The notes under the pieces: model-generated
Seen by the model: only the letters and a program-made list of their open reading frames with translations
Database searches by the model: none
What the model was told of the DNA's origin: nothing
Source: an uncultured Methanomassiliicoccales archaeon
Lineage (GTDB): Archaea > Thermoplasmatota > Thermoplasmata > Methanomassiliicoccales > UBA472
Direction: 5' to 3'
Assembly: GCA_963695345.1 (NCBI GenBank)
Contig: OY968769.1
Coordinates: forward strand, 384,001 to 448,000
DNA: 64,000 nt
Translations under genes and position numbers: made by a program
Part shown: one piece after another, positions 56,259-64,000 of the stretch
Numbering within the stretch: the first letter of the stretch is position 1
Layout: the number at the start of each line of letters is the position of its first letter

Positions 56259-57566
56259 TTACTTCTTCCATCCCGGGATGTTCACGTATTTCCTCCAGCC
56301 TTTCTGCTTGCCCGGCCTCTTTGGCATTCCGGTCAGGACTATATCCTTCTTGAACATGCTGACCGCGATGAACATGGTCACCGAGGCGAAGATCGCCTCG
56401 TAGACGATCCCGGCAATGACGATACCGCTGTTACCGAACATCAGGGAACGCATGGCGATCATCGGATGCGAGAACGGTATGGCGAACACCAGCGCCTGGC
56501 CTGCGGCCGGCAGCGTGTCGAAGTCGGCGAAGATCAGCACGAACATGGGGATCAGCGCCAGGAACGTGATAGGCATGGTCATCGTCTGCGCCGCCTTGTA
56601 GTTCTTGGTGAATATGCCCAGCAACATGCAGAGCGCCAGCGCCGAGATGAGCGCCAGGAACAGGGATATTCCGACCAGGATGTAGTCGAATATGCCCAGG
56701 CTGATACCGTACTTGCTCAGATCGACCGCCGAATTGGCGGTCAGCGAGTTCATGTAGTAGCCCATGCCGATCATGTAGATGACCGCCATGATGAGGCCGA
56801 CGATGGCCGCCCCGGCCAATTTTCCGACAACGATCGAAGAACGCCTTACTGGAAGGGTGAGCAGGGTCTCGAGGGTCTTGTTCTCCTTCTCGGTTCCCAT
56901 GGAGGTTATGACCATGCTGCCGGCCATGATGACCACCATGACGATGATCAGGGGGACGACGATGCCTTGTCCAACCATCACCGCCGATATTGACGCCGGG
57001 GATATCCCGCTCAACTCCCTGCCCTTGAACACGGTCGTTTCCGAGATATGCGTGGGGCTAAGTATGACAGCGGCGCTCAACTGGCTCTTCTGATCTATCA
57101 GGTAGGTCGATATGTTATGGTTCATCTGGGCCAGGGTCAGGCTGACGATCGAGGATTGCACTCCCTCGAGCGCTCCCGCCCCCTTCATCATCCAATAGAC
57201 CTGAACCAGTGCCGACTGGTTTGCGGAGATCCGTTGGCTGAAATTGGCGGGGAATATGATCAGGGCCGCCCCATTGTCCGACTGTATCTTGCTCAATCCT
57301 TCCTGTACCTTCGAAACATCCGTCCCATTGTACGAGAAGATGATCCTCGAGGTCCCATTAAGCGACGAAAAGGCTATGCCGGAGAGATCGGACTGGCCCT
57401 GGTCGATGACCCCGATGACCGGTTTCTCCTGGAGGCTCTTCTGAGTGCCGCCGATGACGCCACCCAAGGAAGCGAATATCACCGCCATGATGATGATCGG
57501 TATCAACGTGGCGGGCGTCAGCAGCTCCTTGACCTCCTTCTTGATGATGTTGCCCAGGCTGCTCAT
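56259..57566 (-). CDS. ABC-2 type exporter permease (NatB-like)
   Basis: IIKKEVKELL and EKENKTLETLLTLPV..GK; six TM helices. Confidence 0.9.
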   Translation of the reverse strand: MSSLGNIIKKEVKELLTPATLIPIIIMAVIFASLGGVIGGTQKSLQEKPVIGVIDQGQSDLSGIAFSSLNGTSRIIFSYNGTDVSKVQEGLSKIQSDNGAALIIFPANFSQRISANQSALVQVYWMMKGAGALEGVQSSIVSLTLAQMNHNISTYLIDQKSQLSAAVILSPTHISETTVFKGRELSGISPASISAVMVGQGIVVPLIIVMVVIMAGSMVITSMGTEKENKTLETLLTLPVRRSSIVVGKLAGAAIVGLIMAVIYMIGMGYYMNSLTANSAVDLSKYGISLGIFDYILVGISLFLALISALALCMLLGIFTKNYKAAQTMTMPITFLALIPMFVLIFADFDTLPAAGQALVFAIPFSHPMIAMRSLMFGNSGIVIAGIVYEAIFASVTMFIAVSMFKKDIVLTGMPKRPGKQKGWRKYVNIPGWKK

Positions 57567-58279
57567 TGTACCGCCCTCACGAAGACTTCCTCGATGTTGG
57601 TCACGTCGTATTTCTTCTTCAGTTCGGCGGGTGTCCCCATCTCAATTATCTTCCCATCGTTTATGAGCGCGATCCGGTCGCACATGAGCTCCACCTCAAG
57701 CATGTTATGTGACGAGAGCAGGACCGTCGTCCCTTCCTTCACCGTCTCCCTCACGGTGCGCCTGACCTCCTGTGCGTTCAGCACGTCCAGGCCGGATGTC
57801 AGCTCGTCGAGTATGGCCACCTTGGGGCTGATCATCAGCGCCCTCGCCACCAGCAGTCGCCGGGCCATGCCCTTGCTGTAGGTCTCGACCTTGTCATCGA
57901 TCCTCTCGTCCAGCCGGGCTATCTTCAGTCCGCGTCCGACCATATTCTTCTGCTCGGCGCTCTCCCCGAAGAAGGCGGCGATGAACTCCAGGTAATCCCG
58001 TCCGGTGAGGTTCTTGTATGCCCCTGCATCCTCCGGAAGGTAGCTGATGATCTTCCTCACCTCATCGGCCTTCGTGGCCAGGTCATTACCGTAGACCTTG
58101 ATCGAGCCGGACGTGATCTCCAGAAGCGTGGCGAGGATCCTCAGGGTCGTGGTCTTTCCGGCCCCGTTCGGACCGATCAGACCGAAGACCTCCCCCTCGT
58201 TCACGTTGAATGATATTCCCTTGACGGCGGTTATCCCGCCATAGCTCTTGACGAGGTCTTTCACCTCAATCGCGTACAT
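57563..58279 (-). CDS. ABC exporter ATP-binding subunit
   Basis: GPNGAGKTT, YSKGM, LDE and SSH; overlaps the permease start. Confidence 0.95.
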   Translation of the reverse strand: MYAIEVKDLVKSYGGITAVKGISFNVNEGEVFGLIGPNGAGKTTTLRILATLLEITSGSIKVYGNDLATKADEVRKIISYLPEDAGAYKNLTGRDYLEFIAAFFGESAEQKNMVGRGLKIARLDERIDDKVETYSKGMARRLLVARALMISPKVAILDELTSGLDVLNAQEVRRTVRETVKEGTTVLLSSHNMLEVELMCDRIALINDGKIIEMGTPAELKKKYDVTNIEEVFVRAVQ

Positions 58280-58384
58280 CTCTTTGCCCCCAGATGACCG
58301 GACATCGGTCACATTGGAATCGAAGCTAGTATGATTAATCTTTGCTAAGGGAATCCACGTCCAATATGTGTTCCCGAGCCGGGA

Positions 58385-58861
58385 TCATCTTATCCTTTCG
58401 ACCTTGCCCCGGTGGGTCGACACCATCTCTGCATGATGCCCCTCATCAACGGTAAGGTCATCGAGCGCTTTCATGAACAGCTCCTTCTTTCCCGGGAGCA
58501 GCAGTTCTTCCATATCAGCACCCTCCAGAGATTCCCGTATCAACGAGTAAGTGTCGAGCATCAGGACCTCGGTCTGATAGAGTTCGTCCATTATCTCCAG
58601 GTGCTCCTTGCCAGAAAAATTGAATCGGGTCGGAGATAGCGGGATCAGCTCCCCCGGGTTGGAGACGTTGACCATCTTGATCATGTCATTGATCATTCCT
58701 TTATGCTTGGCCGATTCGGCCAGCATCTTGAAGAGCATGCGGCGGAAATCACGGTCCTTGGTGACGAGATAGGCCTCCCATTGACCGACGGATTCGAATC
58801 CCTCCTCTATCTGCAAGGCCCGCTTGAGCAGTTCCGCCAGTTCGTCACCGTCGCTTATCAC
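58385..58861 (-). CDS. Ferritin-like (rubrerythrin-type four-helix bundle) protein
   Basis: Two E...ExxH half-sites: ALQIEE/ESAKH and QTE/DEGHH. Confidence 0.75.
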   Translation of the reverse strand: MISDGDELAELLKRALQIEEGFESVGQWEAYLVTKDRDFRRMLFKMLAESAKHKGMINDMIKMVNVSNPGELIPLSPTRFNFSGKEHLEIMDELYQTEVLMLDTYSLIRESLEGADMEELLLPGKKELFMKALDDLTVDEGHHAEMVSTHRGKVERIR

Positions 58862-59025
58862 GATAGACCGACGATAGAAGAATGACAGTGGTATAAGCAA
58901 TACCGGCTCTGATTATCCCGATATCTGGCGGACCGCGGTCGAACCTCCCCCGCTGTTCCGGAGCTTTTCCAGGTTCTGGTGGGAGATCGGAGAGTTGAGG
59001 ACACGACCCGTTCGGTCATGAACCA

Positions 59026-60171
59026 TCATGTCGGATACTCATCGGGAGAACGCGGGACTATCGTCCAGCTCTTCGTCCACCAATACACCAGCGAAGACAT
59101 CGTGATGGTGGCCATGATGATGACCGTCACCGACCACACCATCATCCCGAAATCGAGACCGATCACGAACCCGAATATCGTGGCGAGCGTGTTCGGAACC
59201 AGGAGTGCCGTTCCCAGCACGGTCATCCAGGTCAGCGCAAGTATCATTCGGTTGTTGATTGTCAGCAATTGATTGTTGTACAGGGCCTGAAGCACGTTCA
59301 TTCCGGAGACCAGCACCTCGGACATGTTCTCCGACAGCTCTACCTGGCGGGAAACGTTTTCGCTCATGAGGTTCAGCCTGCCCAATATCTTCTGTTTGTC
59401 ATCGATCAGTTCCGCGTCGCCATATCGGAGGGAGTTGATGACATCCAGAAGGTGCCACAATGTGCTCAGGTAGACTATGGTGGTATGCTTGACCTGGAAG
59501 ATCCGTTTCCCCACGTCCTTGACGTGGATGGTCATTTCCGAAAGCTCGTAGCCGACGGAGTCCGCATGGTCCTCGATGAAACGCAATTGGTCAAAATGAT
59601 CATTGCAGTTCTCATCCAACAGCCTTATCAGGAACATGGTCCTTTTTTCAGACAGGGTCAGCGAGGGGTTCATCTTGCTTAGGTAAGTGTCCGCGTAGCG
59701 CGAAAACTGCACCAGGTGGGATGCCGCCACTCCATGGATGGTGAGTATCAGGTTTTCCTTGACCAGGAAATAGCTCGGCTCTATCTCTGGTTCAGGCCGT
59801 TCCACCCTCACGGAAGGAATCCTCATGCCCAGCTCGGTCTCCAGGTCGACATACTCGGAAAGTTTGTCGGTCCTCAGCGAATCCATCAGCGACCTTGAGA
59901 AACCGAAGCCCAGGGCAACCTCCGCCGCATCCTCGATGTCCGATGCCGTGTGGTCCACCCAGGTGAACGATCCTCGGGCGGCCATGTCGATCGCCTTGGA
60001 CATGACCAGGTCATAGTGTTTGACGATGTTGCAGGAAGGCAGGACACTGACAATGATGGTGGCGGAAACGCCTGGCGTGGATCGGGTCCCGGTGACCCGG
60101 CACACATCCCCTATCGGGATCGATTCCCGAACCTCGTTCACATCCATTCGATCAGTTCCGTGGTCTGCCAC
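59026..60171 (-). CDS. CorA-like divalent cation transporter 2 (no GMN)
   Basis: NLILTIH and NNRM.ALT..TVLGTALLVPNTLATIFGFV. GTG start overlaps the upstream stop (TAGTG). Confidence 0.85.
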   Translation of the reverse strand: MADHGTDRMDVNEVRESIPIGDVCRVTGTRSTPGVSATIIVSVLPSCNIVKHYDLVMSKAIDMAARGSFTWVDHTASDIEDAAEVALGFGFSRSLMDSLRTDKLSEYVDLETELGMRIPSVRVERPEPEIEPSYFLVKENLILTIHGVAASHLVQFSRYADTYLSKMNPSLTLSEKRTMFLIRLLDENCNDHFDQLRFIEDHADSVGYELSEMTIHVKDVGKRIFQVKHTTIVYLSTLWHLLDVINSLRYGDAELIDDKQKILGRLNLMSENVSRQVELSENMSEVLVSGMNVLQALYNNQLLTINNRMILALTWMTVLGTALLVPNTLATIFGFVIGLDFGMMVWSVTVIIMATITMSSLVYWWTKSWTIVPRSPDEYPT

Positions 60172-61305
60172 TAGTTGACGTACTCGTCCGCCTTTTTCGG
60201 AAGGTTGACCCGCTTCTTCACCCACCAGTATGCCAGCAGCGTCGAGTTCACCGTGGCGATGGTGATGACCCCCAGGGTCCACACCAAGGTATGAATGTCA
60301 ACGTTAAGGGCGTAGCCGAAGATCGTGGCCAACGTGTTCGGTACCAGGACCGCCGTGCCCAATATCGTCAGCCAGGTCATGGTCAGCGACATCCGGTTGT
60401 TCAGGATCTGCAGCTGGTTGTTATACAGCGACTGCAGCACTTCGAGCCCGGATGCCAATACTTCGGACATATGCTCCGACAGTGATATCTGCCGGTTCAG
60501 GTCATCCGCCAGCAGACCGATCTTGCTCAGGACCTTCTGGTTGTCGGTGATGGTTTCGGCATCGCCGTAACGAAGCGAATTGACCACATCGAGGGTGCGC
60601 CACAGGGTGTTCAGGTAGGTGATCAGCGAATGTTTCATGCCGTAGATCTGTTTCCCTACCTGGGTTCGCGGCGAGCTCGGGTCGACCAGGACCTGGCTCA
60701 TCTCATCGGCCTGTTCCTCGATCTCCCTCAGCTGCTCGAAATTCCTGGTGTTGTTCTCGTCTATTATGCGGAAAAGGGTCATGGTGAGCTTGTCCTCGGC
60801 CGGCATGACATCGGGGAGCTTCTTGAGGTAGATGTCCGCGTATCGGGAGAACTGGACCAATCTTTGCACATCTTTGTCGTGGATCGTCAGGATCAGGTTC
60901 TTCTTGACCAGAATGAGCAGTGGATATACCATGAACTCGAGCCCTCTGACCCGGACGGCCGGGACCATGATGCCCAGTTCTGTCTCGCGGTCTTCGTATG
61001 CGGCGTAGTATCCATTCAACAGGGTGGGTACCAGGGACTCGCCGAAACCGTACATGGTCGCGACCGCCGTTCCATCCTTTTCCAGGTCGTCCACCCCACA
61101 GTTGAGCCAAGACAGCGATGACCCGTTAACGGTGGGGATGAACTCGCTGGGAGACTGACTTGAAGCTTTTACCGGACGATTACTTCCCAGGGGAATGGAA
61201 ACACAGATCACCCTGGCCATCCCCTTGCCGTTCTGCTCCGCCTCGGGTGCCCCGTTCACCGGTTTCACCGGTGCGGCCTCGCCAGGTTTAGATCCGATCT
61301 TCCAT
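60171..61305 (-). CDS. CorA-like divalent cation transporter 1 (no GMN); ATG 61305 needs a frameshift, alternative GTG 61268
   Basis: KNLILTIHD and NNRMSLTMTWLTILGTAVLVPNTLATIFGYA; SD GGAGG before 61305. Confidence 0.85.
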
Positions 61306-61497
61306 TGACGTCCCTCCGCGTTTAAATATTAAAGCGACCTGGTATCCGGCAAGGACGATATACCCTTTTTGGAGAGATTCTCTTATATCCTGAGGATCGT
61401 CCAGGGACGCCACTCGAAAAATGGATGGAGAGCGTGTTTCGTACCTCGGCGGGACACCCGAACCCCCTCTGATCCGGATGGCATTTCAAAGGAGCCT

Positions 61498-62569
61498 TCA
61501 ATCCTCTCGGTACCGATATGAGATGTTGCAGCTTCCTTCTCTCGAGACCATGCAGGGCCCCATGGGGCGCTTCGGGTTGCATGCCCTGCCGAAGGCTGGA
61601 CATTCCTTCGATTCTATCAGTCCGCGCAGGACCTCGGCGCAGCGGCAGTTGCCCATCTCCTCCTCCACCACCGGAGCAGCGGCTATGATATCCTCATGGA
61701 CGATACGGGCGTTCTGCTGGTCGAACTCGGGACGAAGCTCGAGCGCGCTCTTCGGCAACACCGGGAAGCCGCGCCAGTTCTTGTCGACCGCCTCGAACAC
61801 GTCATCGAGCATCTTGATGGCGATAGGGTTCCCCTCGGGCCTGACGACCCGGGAATACTCGTTCTCCACCTCTGCCCGTGCCTTCCCGGATCTGGGTCAC
61901 CATCATGTACACCGTGACCAGGATGTCCAGGGGCTCGAACCCGGCGACCACCTGCGGCACGTGCATGTCTCGGGCGAACCTTTCGAAAGGCTTCGTCCCG
62001 ATGATGGTGGCCACGTGACCTGGCTGAATGAGGCCGTCGATCCGTACCTCGCCCATCCTGAAAAGCGCGTCCAATGCCGGGGGCAGGATCCGGTGGCAGC
62101 TCAGGAACGTGAGGTTCTTGGGAACACCGCTCAGGACCACCGAGGCGGTTGTCGGGCTGGTGGTCTCGAACCCGATCGACATGAATACGGCATTCTTGAC
62201 CTCGGGCGCTATCCGTAATGCGTCCTCGACGGAATACACCACCCGCACATCCGCCCCTTCCGCCTTGGCATCCGCGAGCGACCCGATCGGCGTCGGGACG
62301 GTGAGCATGTCCCCGAACACCGCGATGGTGACACCGTTCCTTGCCAGGGTGATGGCCTCCACCACCTCCTTTGTGGTGGTGACGCAGACCGGGCATCCCG
62401 GTCCCTGCCGGATGCGTACGCCCACACCCTTCAGCATCTCCTCCAGGCCGAACTTGACCAGGGTGTCCTGGTGCGTACCGCACACGTGCATGAACTGGAG
62501 GTCCAGGTCGTATTTGCCGAGATTCTCGATGATCTTCTTGGCCGTGGCTTCCTCTCTGAATCGGAACAT
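61498..62569 (-). CDS. hypD: Hydrogenase maturation protein HypD; frameshift at ~61875
   Basis: MHVCGTH, GPGCPVC, GFETT, PGHV, ECPAFG..C.P..PMGPCMVSREGSC. Confidence 0.95.
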
Positions 62570-62943
62570 TATTTCTCCACCACCTTGATCGATGATATCC
62601 TGCAGCTCTTGCCCTTGGTCACCTTGACGCCGGCGCCGCATTTGGGACATGAGAGCTTGGGAATGTTGTTATGGAACGACTCGTCTACATAGTATTCGGC
62701 CGGACCGTTGAAACCGCAGGAGGGACATGATACCTCGGCCTTCTCGTCCTCGAAGACCAGCCTCGATCCTTCCAGGACCGTCTCCCTGGTCATGATCTCA
62801 TAGGCAAAGGCGAGCTGGTCCTTTCCCAGGTAGGTCATCTCCCCGACCACCAGGTTGACCTCCTCCACCTTCTCCACGTCATGCTTTGCCAGCTCCGCCA
62901 TCACCGCGTCGATGATGCCGGACATGACCGATACTTCGTGCAT
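62569..62943 (-). CDS. hypA: Hydrogenase nickel metallochaperone HypA
   Basis: MHE N-terminus, CPSCG...CPKCG; TAATG overlap with hypD. Confidence 0.95.
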   Translation of the reverse strand: MHEVSVMSGIIDAVMAELAKHDVEKVEEVNLVVGEMTYLGKDQLAFAYEIMTRETVLEGSRLVFEDEKAEVSCPSCGFNGPAEYYVDESFHNNIPKLSCPKCGAGVKVTKGKSCRISSIKVVEK

Positions 62944-63324
62944 TGAAAAACCGAACGGGAAGGTCCTATTTATTTAGTTACTGGCGAAGAGCATGAGATT
63001 ACGATGGAAAGACCTGAGAAATCCCAGACGTCGCCTGGTTCGCACAGAACCATGGTCAGTTTGACCAACCTTGAACTGGTCGTGACCTTAGGGATTGTCA
63101 CTTAGTGTTCGACGACAGAGACTGACCTAGGTCACTTCCTCATGATCAAAAAGAGAGACCTGAAGCGAATGCAGGGCGCATCAGGAGGGAGCCGGTGACC
63201 TGCCGCCGATGGGCCGACATCGATACAAGATGGGGCAAATCAAGAAACCCGATTCCTATCTGGGCGATTAGGCCGAGGAACCTGAACAACGCTTTTATAT
63301 CTCTAGTCCAATACGAATGACGTA

Positions 63325-63612
63325 ATGCCAGAAGATGAGAGGACGCGCGGCGAGATAATGCTCGAATCCATCATAGAAGGCAAGAAGATGGAGGCCTATG
63401 TCGAGCACTGCACAAAGGACATGCACGTCTGCACGTTTTGCGGCACCATCGGTTACAAGAAGCAGCCCATGAGGCTTATCGGGAAGAAATGGCTCTGCAT
63501 CGACTGTCTCCGCCAGCTCAAGGAAACCATGGAGACGATGGACCAATGGGAAGCGGAACTGCAGCTCGAGAAAGAGATGTCCAAGAAGATCGATGAGACT
63601 CTCGGCCTATGA
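63325..63612 (+). CDS. Small CxxC...CxxC zinc-binding protein
   Basis: CTFCG...CIDCL followed by a helical tail. Confidence 0.8.
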   Translation: MPEDERTRGEIMLESIIEGKKMEAYVEHCTKDMHVCTFCGTIGYKKQPMRLIGKKWLCIDCLRQLKETMETMDQWEAELQLEKEMSKKIDETLGL

Positions 63613-63613
63613 T

Positions 63614-64000
63614 CTAGTTTCCACTTGTTTTACGCCTATCATCATCTGGTAAAGCAGAGAAATAGTCGCATTCCGATCTTACGGAGCATTTGTCACAGCG
63701 AGGGTTTCGGGGAAGACATATCCGTTGGCCGAATCGGATCATGATCGCGTTGATGTCGCACCACAGTTCCTTGGGAGCGATGTTCATGAGAGAGACCTCG
63801 GTCTCATCCGGCGAATCCGTGGCGACGATACCTATCCGATTGGATATCCTGTGGACATGGGTGTCAACGCAGATGGACGGTATTCCGAAGCCGTAGGACA
63901 GCACACAATTGGCGGTCTTCCGTCCCACCATGGGGAGGGTGAGCAGGACCTCGATATCGGAGGGTACCTTGTCGTTGAAATCCTGGTGCAGACGGCGACC
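63614..64000 (-). CDS. nth: Endonuclease III, C-terminal part (5' end beyond window)
   Basis: LLTLPMVGRKTANCVL HhH, VDTHVHR, and CLPRNPRCDKCSVRSEC Fe-S motif. Confidence 0.95.
   Translation of the reverse strand, partial: GRRLHQDFNDKVPSDIEVLLTLPMVGRKTANCVLSYGFGIPSICVDTHVHRISNRIGIVATDSPDETEVSLMNIAPKELWCDINAIMIRFGQRICLPRNPRCDKCSVRSECDYFSALPDDDRRKTSGN

Overview
A GC-rich archaeal chromosomal segment, most likely from a Methanomassiliicoccales-like member of Thermoplasmatota. This is inferred from the archaeal FtsZ, aSelBL, hypAD, methanogen-type REC/7TM-PAS histidine kinases, zinc-ribbon membrane proteins and a NosD/Ig adhesin. About 50 protein genes are visible, and I saw no rRNA, tRNA, CRISPR array or transposase. 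About a dozen genes, including ftsZ, hypD and a DEAD-box helicase, are split by small indels, mostly one extra base in a short homopolymer; I read these as long-read assembly errors. The best leads are: (1) the 5' end of a contractile-tail sheath gene running off the left edge, absent from the ORF track and suggesting an eCIS/tailocin-like locus, preceded by a hidden 112-aa Zn-motif ORF with no canonical start codon; (2) a lectin-like/beta-propeller ectodomain fused to a site-2-protease-like membrane domain with HDxxH; (3) a VOC-like His/His/Glu metalloenzyme closely linked to a GlcD-type FAD oxidase; (4) tandem CorA-like genes lacking GMN downstream of hypAD; (5) a candidate structured RNA near 34.7 kb; (6) a Cys4 microprotein missed by the ORF track. 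All family assignments come from motif recognition by eye, without database searches.
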